Positions 8,317 through 16,755 are shown, counted from the stretch's first letter. The stretch: DNA of 32,095 nt from Candidatus Pacearchaeota archaeon (GCA_023140635.1 JAGLLG010000007.1:1-32095), one strand, 5' to 3'. A program made the numbers and translations. Notes: generated by a model from the letters alone, not told the origin.

Positions 8317-8607
8317 ATGGAATACACATATGCGGCACTTTTGTTGCACAAGGTTGGAAAAGATATCAACGAAGATAACTTGAAGGCTGTTATTTCCGCA
8401 ACTGGAGCTGAGGTTGACGAAGCAAAGGTTAAGGTTATGGTAGCGTCTTTAAGTGGCGTAGACATCGCAGACAAGCTTGCAAATGCATCTATCGCAGCAG
8501 CTCCGGCAGCTGGAAATGCAGAAACAACAGAAGCACCTAAAGAAGAAAAGAAGAAAGAAGAACCAAAAGCTGAAGCGGCTGAAGGTTTGGCTTCATTGTT
8601 CGGATAA
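8317..8607 (+). CDS. rpl12: 50S ribosomal protein L12 (P1)
   Basis: [11 protein letters not shown], Ala-rich hinge and GLASLFG terminus. Confidence 0.97.
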   Translation: MEYTYAALLLHKVGKDINEDNLKAVISATGAEVDEAKVKVMVASLSGVDIADKLANASIAAAPAAGNAETTEAPKEEKKKEEPKAEAAEGLASLFG

Positions 8608-8724
8608 ATTTCTTAGTTGAGATTTTAAGCTTTGAAGTTGAACTTAGTTTGCTTTAAGGCTGGAGAAGATGAAGTCGTTTTAGACTTGTCTTTTAGATAA
8701 TGAGGTTTTATTAGATGTGACTTT

Positions 8725-9312
8725 TTATTTATCAAACTCTTTAGCAATAAACACACCCATCACAGCACCCACTAAATTAAATACCAAATCTAACGCTGTG
8801 TTATAATACCCTCCAACTGCATCCGCAGCATCAGCGAATACAACCATTCCAAATTCAACAACCTCATTTAGAAGACCTACTCCTATCGCGGCAAGAATTG
8901 TAAAAATTATTAACGCTTTTGTTTGACCTTCCTTAAAATGTTTCTTTAACATAAAATAAACCAAGATTGCAAAAGCTACATAACAATAAACATGAATAAG
9001 TTGATCGTATTTCAAGATTACAAATTCCCCTCCGCCGTTAAAGAGAGGAATTAAAACTAAATCATACAATCTCGTTCCCCCGAAATAAAGCGCACCACCT
9101 AACATATGAGACACAATCCAAATTCCAAATAGCCAGATTGAGTAAACTGGGAAATCATAATATCTATCTGCCCGAAGAACCACATAATACAAAAGCCCGA
9201 CGACGACCGCATAACTTATGAACTCGTAATTTCCCAGAGAAACAAAGTAGATTAATAAACTTGAGAGAAACAGATAAATTAATATCGTTGGTAACCTTAA
9301 CCCCTTTTTCAT
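8725..9312 (-). CDS. DUF2238/YjdF-like integral membrane protein
   Basis: HMLGG, YDQLIH, NEVVEF and YYNTALDLVFN motifs in about 6 TM helices. ATG 9312 chosen over TTG 9318. Confidence 0.75.
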   Translation of the reverse strand: MKKGLRLPTILIYLFLSSLLIYFVSLGNYEFISYAVVVGLLYYVVLRADRYYDFPVYSIWLFGIWIVSHMLGGALYFGGTRLYDLVLIPLFNGGGEFVILKYDQLIHVYCYVAFAILVYFMLKKHFKEGQTKALIIFTILAAIGVGLLNEVVEFGMVVFADAADAVGGYYNTALDLVFNLVGAVMGVFIAKEFDK

Positions 9313-9349
9313 TTCCAAATAAACTCTAAGATATTAATAAATGTTTGGA

Positions 9350-9430
9350 CGCCCACACCAGGAATCGAACCTGGATGCCCCGGAGGGCCTGGTTTTCAAG
9401 ACCAGTGCAATACCATTATGCGATGTGGGC
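9350..9430 (-). tRNA. tRNA-Ser(UGA)
   Basis: Acceptor GCCCACA/TGTGGGC, anticodon arm CTGGT-CTTGAAA-ACCAG, long variable arm, T arm CCAGG-TTCGATT-CCTGG and G73. CCA not encoded directly after the discriminator. Confidence 0.96.
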
Positions 9431-9498
9431 CTTTCCTTCAGTCTTTGAACATCATCGCATTCGCGTAAGCGAGACCGAAGGGACTATGCGATGTGGGC
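9417..9498. repeat. 14-bp direct repeat of the tRNA-Ser(UGA) 5' end flanking a 54-bp structured insert
   Basis: TATGCGATGTGGGC at 9417-9430 and 9485-9498. Confidence 0.9.
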
Positions 9499-9516
9499 TT
9501 TGTTTATTATCTTGGA

Positions 9517-9634
9517 ACGCTCGTACCCGGACTTACAATTTGCATCTCCCAAAAAGATTCTGAACTTTTGTTTTGGTCGAAGCGAATTGCTCGGAATCGA
9601 ACTTCGATTCGTTCTACGAGTTACGCTCGTACCC
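9517..9634. repeat. 12-bp direct repeat of the tRNA-Ser(CGA) 3' end flanking a 94-bp structured insert
   Basis: ACGCTCGTACCC at 9517-9528 and 9623-9634. Confidence 0.88.
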
Positions 9635-9704
9635 CGAATCGAACGGGGATGCCCCGAAAGGCCGCGGGTTCGAGCCGCGTGCGATACCATTACGCGATAC
9701 GAGC
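9624..9704 (-). tRNA. tRNA-Ser(CGA)
   Basis: Acceptor GCTCGTA/TACGAGC, anticodon arm CGCGG-CTCGAAC-CCGCG, long variable arm, T arm CCCCG-TTCGATT-CGGGG and G73. No encoded CCA. Confidence 0.96.
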
Positions 9705-9758
9705 TTTCTAAGTATTGCGTCCATGAAACATTTCTAATGTTACTTTACGCGATACGAG
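9690..9758. repeat. 14-bp direct repeat of the tRNA-Ser(CGA) 5' end flanking a 41-bp insert
   Basis: TTACGCGATACGAG at 9690-9703 and 9745-9758. Confidence 0.9.
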
Positions 9759-9782
9759 TCTAACTATTTTGGGAGGAGAAGG

Positions 9783-9791
9783 TTTTTAAAT
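9783..9791. promoter_or_regulatory. Overlapping bidirectional TATA element (tRNA pair on -, small membrane protein on +)
   Basis: TTTTTAAAT lies about 24 nt from the upstream tRNA 5'-end copy (9759) and about 21 nt from ATG 9812. Confidence 0.55.
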
Positions 9792-9811
9792 TTGTTTAAC
9801 TATGAATTAAA

Positions 9812-10015
9812 ATGCTAGAAACTATTTTGAAAAAAACTAATCTCCGGGATGTTTTTATTGGGATCACCGCGGCTTTTGCAATTATTTGTGTTTGGAGGGG
9901 TAGCTGGAATTTATTGGACAAATTTTTGTTACCCAGGAATTTTATCTTAAGTCAACTTAGTTCAATCGTCTTAGGAGTTTCAATATTAATAATTATGTCG
10001 AGGTATAAATCATGA
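9812..10015 (+). CDS. Small two-TM membrane protein (WRGxWxLLD motif)
   Basis: Two hydrophobic helices. ATGA overlap with the downstream cyclophilin. Confidence 0.7.
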   Translation: MLETILKKTNLRDVFIGITAAFAIICVWRGSWNLLDKFLLPRNFILSQLSSIVLGVSILIIMSRYKS

Positions 10016-10587
10016 ATAAAAAGAAATCTAAAAACCTTCTTAAAAATAAAAGAGTAGCAATATTTATAATAGCAGTTTTACTTGTTAGTTTTACAGTATT
10101 TGTTATAAATATGGTAGAAAATATTTCCCCTAAAAATACGAAAGTGAAATTAGAGACAAACGTAGGAGATATTGTTATAGAACTCTATTCAGATATGCCA
10201 ATTACAACAGGGAATTTTAAAAAGTTAATTGAGGAAGGATTTTACGACAGTGTAATTTTTCATAGAGTAATTAAGAATTTTATGATTCAAGGTGGTGATC
10301 CAATGGGAACTGGAATGGGCGGACCAGGATATACAATCGAGGATGAGTTTGGAACAGGACATTCGAATGTTCCTGGAACAATCGCTATGGCAAATGCAGG
10401 ACCTAATACTGGGGGGAGTCAGTTCTTTATTAATGTCGCAGATAATTCGTTTTTAGATGGGAAGCACCCTGTTTTTGGTGAAGTTACAGAGGGAATGGAT
10501 ATTGTTCAAGGCATTAGTGAAGCAGCAACAGGAGCTCGGGATAAACCTATTCAAGAGATTAAGATAGTCAAGGCGAGTATTATCTAA
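10012..10587 (+). CDS. Cyclophilin-type peptidyl-prolyl isomerase with N-terminal membrane anchor
   Basis: [32 protein letters not shown] and LDGKHPVFG. Basic N-terminus followed by a TM helix. Confidence 0.95.
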   Translation: MNKKKSKNLLKNKRVAIFIIAVLLVSFTVFVINMVENISPKNTKVKLETNVGDIVIELYSDMPITTGNFKKLIEEGFYDSVIFHRVIKNFMIQGGDPMGTGMGGPGYTIEDEFGTGHSNVPGTIAMANAGPNTGGSQFFINVADNSFLDGKHPVFGEVTEGMDIVQGISEAATGARDKPIQEIKIVKASII

Positions 10588-12058
10588 TTTTAATCGGTTT
10601 GAATTCTTTTAGAAACTTTAAAGCCTCTTTCATTTTTGTTCGACTTTCAGTATAAAGAGTTAAAATGGACTCACCCTTTTTTATCTTTCCAACATGCTTA
10701 TGGAGATAAGTTCCTGAAGAAACTGTTTCTGGAGTTCCGAGAACTCGACATAATGAATTAATCCCTTCGTTGCTAATTTCAGTTATTTTTCCATTTCGTT
10801 TTGCCCGGATTATCTTTTTATGTCTTGCAAGTTGGAGGGAGTTGATTCTTTTGTTAAAATCTTTCTTTCCATTTTGAGCATTGATAATTTCCTTGAATTT
10901 TTCATAAGCTTTTCCAGATGCCAAGATATCCTCAGCCTTCTTTCGCGCATTTTTTATATTGCAAAGTTTCAGAAGTTCAGCAGAAAGAAATAAGGACTTT
11001 TCCTTTAGATCATCTGGTAAATTAGGAGAATTTTGTAAGACTAATAAAATATCTAACATTTCTAGAGTTGGTCCGAACCCATTTCCAATTGGCTCTGAAC
11101 CTTTCGTGCAGACTACTTTGATTTTTAATTTGAAACTTCTTGAAACTTCTTGAAACTTAATTCCTAGCTTCTTTGCTTTTTCAAGTGTTGAGATTTTTGC
11201 ACCTTTCCCATAAGGAATATCTATAAGAATATATTTCGAACCTGCCGCTACCTTCTTTGAGATTATTGATGCAATAAGTTGGGGCTCGATGTCAAGATTA
11301 AGTAATCGCTCAACCCGGATTATTTTATCATCAGAGGGTGCGAGTCCTAATGAACCTCCCCAAGCTAAACATGCTCCTGTTTTTTGGACAGTAGATTTTA
11401 GATCTTCTATGGAAAGTTCAACTTTGGAAATTGTCTCTATTACATCTGCAGTTCCCGAAGCAGAAGTTATGGCACGTGAGGAGGTTTTTGGGATAACTAA
11501 TCCTGCCGCCGCACAAATAGCTACAACTATAGGGGTTGTTCTGTTTCCCGCAATTCCCCCTATACAATGTTTGTCCGCAGTATATTTTCCTCCGAACTTT
11601 AGCTTAGCCCCTGTTTTTACCATCGCCTTTGTTAAATTAATCATTTCTTTTACAGACATTCCATTGAGTTTTTCTGCAGCAGTAAAATATGCAATTTCAG
11701 CCTCAGTTAGATTATTATGAACGATTTCAGAAATGAGATAATAAAGTTCTTCTTTAGTTAATTGCTTACCTTGCATTTTTTTCTTGATTAAGAAAGTTGC
11801 GTCAGAAAGCTCAGAAGTGCTAACCTTAACATATGATCTATCTTTTAATTCAAGAACATCGCTTAATTCCTTAGATAAACCTATCTGATTTTTCCTGATA
11901 ACTTTTGGGAAAATATCAACTATAGCATAAACTTTTTTAGAGTTTGTAATCGCAACCCGATCATTAGCAAAAACATTCATCTTTTTTGCGGTTTTATCAT
12001 TAAGAATAGCTACTGGCCGACCGGCCAACCAATTAAGATTTTTAATTTTTAACTTCAT
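10580..12058 (-). CDS. AMP phosphorylase (thymidine phosphorylase family, archaeal type)
   Basis: [11 protein letters not shown] and [15 protein letters not shown], plus the N-terminal extra domain typical of AMP phosphorylases. Confidence 0.92.
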   Translation of the reverse strand: MKLKIKNLNWLAGRPVAILNDKTAKKMNVFANDRVAITNSKKVYAIVDIFPKVIRKNQIGLSKELSDVLELKDRSYVKVSTSELSDATFLIKKKMQGKQLTKEELYYLISEIVHNNLTEAEIAYFTAAEKLNGMSVKEMINLTKAMVKTGAKLKFGGKYTADKHCIGGIAGNRTTPIVVAICAAAGLVIPKTSSRAITSASGTADVIETISKVELSIEDLKSTVQKTGACLAWGGSLGLAPSDDKIIRVERLLNLDIEPQLIASIISKKVAAGSKYILIDIPYGKGAKISTLEKAKKLGIKFQEVSRSFKLKIKVVCTKGSEPIGNGFGPTLEMLDILLVLQNSPNLPDDLKEKSLFLSAELLKLCNIKNARKKAEDILASGKAYEKFKEIINAQNGKKDFNKRINSLQLARHKKIIRAKRNGKITEISNEGINSLCRVLGTPETVSSGTYLHKHVGKIKKGESILTLYTESRTKMKEALKFLKEFKPIKIR

Positions 12059-12067
12059 TCAAGACTT

Positions 12068-13084
12068 TTATTTATTAAACAATTCGTTTAATTTACCCTC
12101 TTTGTAAAACTCGATGATAATTAAAACATAAGCAAGAATAAGTGGGCCAAGAATTAGACCTGCAATTCCAAAGAAATAGAGCCCTCCAATAGTTCCAATT
12201 ACACTTAACGCAATTGGGAGACCGGATCCCCTAGAGAGAAAATAAGGTCTAAGAATATTATCGATTATTGATACAAAGAAGAATCCATAAAGTAATATAA
12301 AAAATCCTGAAAAAGTATTGCCCGTTACAATTAAGAAAATTCCAACTGGAAGCCAGACTAACCACGAACCTAAAACAGGGATTATTGAAACTATACAAGC
12401 GATGAATGTAAGAACCAATGCTTTTGGAACTCCTAAGAAAAATAGGCAGATACCCACGGCAAGACCTTGAATGATCCCTATTAGAATTTGACCAAAAATA
12501 AGTGCATGTGTTATACCCTTAAACTCTTCCATAAATTTCCCCCCGGTAGGTTTAGAGAAAGGAGAAAGATTAGATAAATATTCTTTTAGTTTGTCCAAGT
12601 CTCTTATTGTAAAATAAAATACAAAGAGAAAGACTGAGAACTGAAGAAGGAAGGAAGGAAGATTGACTAAGAAAATTGTGAATTGGTTTAATACTGTTGA
12701 AAAGATTTTCCCAATAATATTATCTAGATTCATTGCGAGAGAAGTTGCGACATCTCCTTGGATAAATTCTTGGAGCAGACTATTAAAATTAAAATTTTGC
12801 AAAAGGACATAAGTATCGAATAGTTGTTTGACTAATGAAGGAACGATATAGATTAGGGGAATGACGATGATTGCAGTTAGTCCTATGATAACAATTAAGG
12901 CAGAAAGGCTTTTCCATTTGAGATGCTTTTGAATTTTTTTATAAACTGGGCTAAGAATGTACCCGAAAAGTAATCCAAAGAGAATGGAAATAACGATAGG
13001 TTTCAAAATAAGAAAAGCTATGACAAAAATTCCAAAGATAAGTAATCCTGCCATCCCCTGTTTCATAATTTTACTATCTCCCAT
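12068..13084 (-). CDS. AI-2E family transporter (PerM/UPF0118)
   Basis: SIIPVLGS, IDNILRP and GGLYFFGIAGLILGP in a multi-TM protein. Confidence 0.92.
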   Translation of the reverse strand: MGDSKIMKQGMAGLLIFGIFVIAFLILKPIVISILFGLLFGYILSPVYKKIQKHLKWKSLSALIVIIGLTAIIVIPLIYIVPSLVKQLFDTYVLLQNFNFNSLLQEFIQGDVATSLAMNLDNIIGKIFSTVLNQFTIFLVNLPSFLLQFSVFLFVFYFTIRDLDKLKEYLSNLSPFSKPTGGKFMEEFKGITHALIFGQILIGIIQGLAVGICLFFLGVPKALVLTFIACIVSIIPVLGSWLVWLPVGIFLIVTGNTFSGFFILLYGFFFVSIIDNILRPYFLSRGSGLPIALSVIGTIGGLYFFGIAGLILGPLILAYVLIIIEFYKEGKLNELFNK

Positions 13085-13202
13085 AAGATTATAGCGATTA
13101 AGATTTTATAAACGTTGGGAAATTCCCCAAAGATTCCAATGATAACAAAAAATATTTTAAATCTCACAGAAGTTTTATAAAGGAGTTTTATGTTTTCAAA
13201 GA

Positions 13203-13904
13203 ATGACAATGAAGAAAATTTTTGAGGGTGTTTTTGATGAAGAAGTTCATACGAATTTTTTAAAGTTTGGCCGGGGAGATCATAAGAATAAATATTTAAT
13301 TGAAGGAAAGAGGCAAGCGAAAAAATGGGCGATTAAAGCTGGTGCGGAGTACGCAAATTTTTTGGTGCGGAGATGTTTAGAAAAGATTAATGGATCTGTT
13401 AATATTAAGGGGGTTATAGTTTCTACCTCAGACCTAAGAAATGAAATTGATTTTGAGATTAAAAAGGTCAGTAATTTCCAAGGTGTTCGAAAACATATAA
13501 TAGACACTGAAATTAAATCTTCTCAGATTTTGGATTTAATGGTTAAGTATCCTAGAGTTTTTTTTGCGTTGAGTTTTAAGGGAGATGGTTTTGTCTTAAA
13601 AATAAAACCAAAAGGCCCTAAAACTGAGAAGAAAGGAAAAGATGGTGAAGCACCAGTTGTAGATTTTTGTTCTTTAAAAACAGAGAATAAGGAGATTATT
13701 AAAGAATTATTTTTTAGCGTTGGTGATTTTCAAGAGGTTTATATTAATCATACAATTAATATTACAGACATCATATATCCTACAAATGTAGAAAACCTAA
13801 AACCCACAGAAATCAGAGAATTAGCGAAGAAAAAGGGAATTCTTATTAGAAACGTTAATGCTGATGGAATTGAAAAGACGAGTGAAGCTGAATTTGTGGT
13901 TTAG
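13203..13904 (+). CDS. Hypothetical basic protein (233 aa)
   Basis: Long ORF with TTTATAAA box about 22 nt upstream. No family recognised. Confidence 0.75.
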   Translation: MTMKKIFEGVFDEEVHTNFLKFGRGDHKNKYLIEGKRQAKKWAIKAGAEYANFLVRRCLEKINGSVNIKGVIVSTSDLRNEIDFEIKKVSNFQGVRKHIIDTEIKSSQILDLMVKYPRVFFALSFKGDGFVLKIKPKGPKTEKKGKDGEAPVVDFCSLKTENKEIIKELFFSVGDFQEVYINHTINITDIIYPTNVENLKPTEIRELAKKKGILIRNVNADGIEKTSEAEFVV

Positions 13905-13938
13905 GAAGATTTAAATAAGAGAACCAATTAAATCATAT

Positions 13939-14310
13939 ATGAGAATTGATTGGGTTGCCGTCGGAGGAATTATTATTGTTACTCTTCTTTTAGGTGCTGT
14001 CCTTTGGGGAGTTCCAAATTATAAAGTTTATTCTAGAGAGTTAAATGGAAAGGCACAACTAAAAGAGGCTGAGTGGAACAGGCAGATTGCGATTCAGGAA
14101 GCGGAGGCATTAAAAGAATCGGCAAAATTAAAAGCCGAAGCGGAGGTTACGAGGGCAAAAGGAATTGCAGAGGCCAATGAAATTATTTCTAAAAGTTTGA
14201 CTAAAGAATATATTCAGTATAAGTTTGTTGAGGGATTGAACGATGGAAATACTGAAGTGATATACGTACCAACAGAAGCTAATCTACCAATTTTAGAAGC
14301 ACGAGGTTGA
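13939..14310 (+). CDS. Membrane-anchored coiled-coil protein resembling the SPFH/prohibitin C-terminus
   Basis: N-terminal TM, AEA-rich coil, RAKGIAEANEIISKSLT and VIYVPTEANLPILEA. Confidence 0.8.
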   Translation: MRIDWVAVGGIIIVTLLLGAVLWGVPNYKVYSRELNGKAQLKEAEWNRQIAIQEAEALKESAKLKAEAEVTRAKGIAEANEIISKSLTKEYIQYKFVEGLNDGNTEVIYVPTEANLPILEARG

Positions 14311-14312
14311 GT

Positions 14313-14561
14313 TCAAATTTTGAACCAATCCAATTTATCCAACTTATCCAACTTCTTAATCTGACATTCAGCTTTCTGTGCATCAGATCTATCAACACAT
14401 TCTCGAGCCCGTAATAGTTTCTTAAATTTTTTACGACAAACATATTTGCTACCTTTCCCTTCGGCATGGGTTTTCATTCGTTTATCAATATCATTTGTAA
14501 CACCAGTATAAAAAGAACCGTCTTGACATTCGAGAATATATACAAACCAAGACTTTTTCAT
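14313..14561 (-). CDS. Standalone GIY-YIG nuclease (UPF0213/YhbQ-like)
   Basis: WFVYILEC-DGSFYTGVT, R..H..GKGSKY and AQKAECQIKK. Confidence 0.92.
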   Translation of the reverse strand: MKKSWFVYILECQDGSFYTGVTNDIDKRMKTHAEGKGSKYVCRKKFKKLLRARECVDRSDAQKAECQIKKLDKLDKLDWFKI

Positions 14562-15211
14562 TGATTATCCAATCCCTTTCGTTTGGCACAAGCTGAGCAA
14601 ATCAGGGCCGTGTCTTTTAACGACATATAATATCGATTACCTTCTTCCAAAATATCATTAAACTTCCCCCATCCTTCTTCGATTGTCAGTTTTCCCGAGA
14701 CAACCTTCCCAGGGACCATCGACGCCCTCTCCAAAATATCCGTCCTCTTTCGAAACATATTATAATGATAAAGATTCGGCTTCGCTGTCTTCGAAATCTT
14801 TTTCCCGCAAAGTTTACAACTGTTTTGAGTCATAAGGAGTTCCTGTTCTCGAATCGCCCACTGAAGCTGAAAGTCCGCATCCTGAATAAGATGCTTATAA
14901 TTCCCTATCCCCCCAAGCCGTCGAAAAGTTAATGTAATTTCTTCATTAGAATTATCCTTATTTTTTACAATGATCTCTCCGATCTTTTTACTATATCTCC
15001 AAATCGGATATTTCTTTCCATCCCCTGGCGTTGTTGAAGGCTTGCCAATTCTATAACCTCTTGATCCAGCTTTGATTTTCCCGATAGTCACCTCTTTCTT
15101 CCGAATAACACCCCTTACTTTTTTTTCGGTCGCTTTTCTCTCTACTGTTTTTTCTTTCTTAGAAATATATCCTTCTTCCCCCGGAAGAAAGCTAGGAGTT
15201 TTTATGGCCAT
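14558..15211 (-). CDS. Zn-binding protein with degenerate HNH-like architecture
   Basis: W-x-x-R...CKLCG...NLYH...YY...TALICSAC. ATG 15211 fits an upstream TATA-like box. ATGA overlap with the GIY-YIG gene. Confidence 0.7.
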   Translation of the reverse strand: MAIKTPSFLPGEEGYISKKEKTVERKATEKKVRGVIRKKEVTIGKIKAGSRGYRIGKPSTTPGDGKKYPIWRYSKKIGEIIVKNKDNSNEEITLTFRRLGGIGNYKHLIQDADFQLQWAIREQELLMTQNSCKLCGKKISKTAKPNLYHYNMFRKRTDILERASMVPGKVVSGKLTIEEGWGKFNDILEEGNRYYMSLKDTALICSACAKRKGLDNQ

Positions 15212-15285
15212 AAGAGGATACAACGAAATTAGTTTATTAAAGTTATTGTAGAAATGATTTTATAGGTTAAAGTGTTTAATATATC

Positions 15286-15663
15286 ATGAAAGAAAGAAGC
15301 ACATGGAAAAAGGAGAGTGCAAGAGACTTAATCTCGTTAGGAGGTATCCCGTTTTTTCTTTTAGTTCTCGCAAGAGTCTACTTACTTAACATCCCAGAAT
15401 ACTTTAATCAGTTCGTTTTTTCAGGAACGATATTTCTAATATTATTTTTTATCTTTAAATTAAACTTATATTCTGGGATGGGGTTCATTGTATTAATTTT
15501 CACCTCACTATTTTATTCTGAAATGACATTCTTTATATTTGGATTAATAGCCTATATTTTAGTTATCGCTTCTCTTCTTTATTTAAAGCATGACACGAAA
15601 AAAGTTTTCCTAGGAATTTTAGCCGGGATGGTTGGAGTTGCCACAGGATATTTACTGGCATAA
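15286..15663 (+). CDS. Small multi-TM membrane protein, possibly degenerate PAP2-like
   Basis: About 4-5 TM helices. C-terminal LLYLKHDTKKVFLGILAG resembles PAP2 motif 3 spacing. Confidence 0.65.
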   Translation: MKERSTWKKESARDLISLGGIPFFLLVLARVYLLNIPEYFNQFVFSGTIFLILFFIFKLNLYSGMGFIVLIFTSLFYSEMTFFIFGLIAYILVIASLLYLKHDTKKVFLGILAGMVGVATGYLLA

Positions 15664-15665
15664 GC

Positions 15666-15810
15666 TTTAAATACCTTAATTTCTGAATAATTTTATGATT
15701 CCATCCAAAACTTAAATGTTTGGATGATGAGAATTTTGTGATTGGTTGATCACGATAAACGGCAAGTGCTATTGTTGTATATCAGATAGTTAGAGCTATC
15801 AGGAAATACT
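15666..15810 (+). promoter_or_regulatory. TATA box and long structured 5' leader of the rpl3 operon
   Basis: TTTAAATA at 15666-15673. Hairpins CATCCAAA/TTTGGATG, GTGAT/ATCAC and GATAG/CTATC. Confidence 0.55.
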
Positions 15811-16755
15811 ATGACAGATAACAACGGAATAAGAAGCGGAAGTTTACAATTTTACCCGAGAGTTCGGGCTAAAAAAGTTATACCTAGTGTAAACTGGAAA
15901 CCTGTTTCTAAGGAAGGTATAGGGATCATGGGTTTTATAGGATATAAGGTAGGGATGATTTCTGTTTGGGCAAAAGATAATACTGAAAGTTCTTTAACGA
16001 AGAACAAGGCAATTGCTATCCCTGCAACGATCGTTGAATGTCCCTCAATGAAGATTTATTCAGTTAGATTCTATAAAAATGGAAAGGTAATGAAAGACGT
16101 TGTAATTTCAAATGATAAAGATTTAAAGAAAAGTGTAAAGGTTTCTAAGAAACTTGGAAATTTGGAAAATGTGGAAGGTTATGATGATATTAGGATTATT
16201 CTATATTCTAGCGTGAAGAAAACTAGTGTTGATAAAAATAAAACTGACTTAATTGAGGTTGGTGTCTCAGGTTCTATAGAAGAGAAATTGAATTTTATTA
16301 AAGAGAAAATCGGAAAAGAAATTTCTATTGGGGAGGTCTTTAGTGAAGGCTTGGTTGATATTCGAGCAGTTACAAAAGGCTATGGAACTCAAGGTCCTAT
16401 GAAAAGATTTGGTATTGCTCTGAAATCTCAGAAATCTGAGAAGGGACGAAGAAGACCAGGTTCTTTAGCACCCTGGCATCCTTCAAGAGTTACTTTTAGA
16501 GCACCTCAAGCAGGACAGACAGGATACCATAATAGAATTACATATAACAATTTGATTTTAAGTGTAGGGAAAATCAGCGAGAAAGATATTAATAAGAAGA
16601 GTGGATTTGATCATTACGGAGTTATTAAGACAGATTATTTAATTTTAAAAGGTTCAATTCCAGGTCCGAAGAAAAGAGGACTTATGATTACTACTGCAAT
16701 TCGACCAACTAGATATGTGGCTAAGAAAAAATTTGAGGTTATTGAATTACGATGA
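15811..16755 (+). CDS. rpl3: 50S ribosomal protein L3
   Basis: GSLQFYPRVRA, GYKVGM, TKGYGTQGPMKRFG and AGQTGYHNR. Confidence 0.97.
   Translation: MTDNNGIRSGSLQFYPRVRAKKVIPSVNWKPVSKEGIGIMGFIGYKVGMISVWAKDNTESSLTKNKAIAIPATIVECPSMKIYSVRFYKNGKVMKDVVISNDKDLKKSVKVSKKLGNLENVEGYDDIRIILYSSVKKTSVDKNKTDLIEVGVSGSIEEKLNFIKEKIGKEISIGEVFSEGLVDIRAVTKGYGTQGPMKRFGIALKSQKSEKGRRRPGSLAPWHPSRVTFRAPQAGQTGYHNRITYNNLILSVGKISEKDINKKSGFDHYGVIKTDYLILKGSIPGPKKRGLMITTAIRPTRYVAKKKFEVIELR

Noticed and set aside
9417..9758. CRISPR array, or split/intron-containing tRNA interpretation of the repeats
   Set aside because: The repeats are three different pairs rather than one recurring unit. Both tRNAs are complete and contiguous, and no clear bulge-helix-bulge motif was found.
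9345..9763. Several 68-90 aa ORFs over the tRNA region
   Set aside because: They overlap two well-formed tRNA genes and arise from local GC richness.
13104..13181. TTTTATAAA direct repeat around a TTGGG/CCCAA hairpin
   Set aside because: The two copies are explained as TATA boxes of the divergent genes.
14329..14354. 9-bp tandem repeat at the GIY-YIG 3' end (LDKLDKLD)
   Set aside because: A short coding tandem with no further structure.
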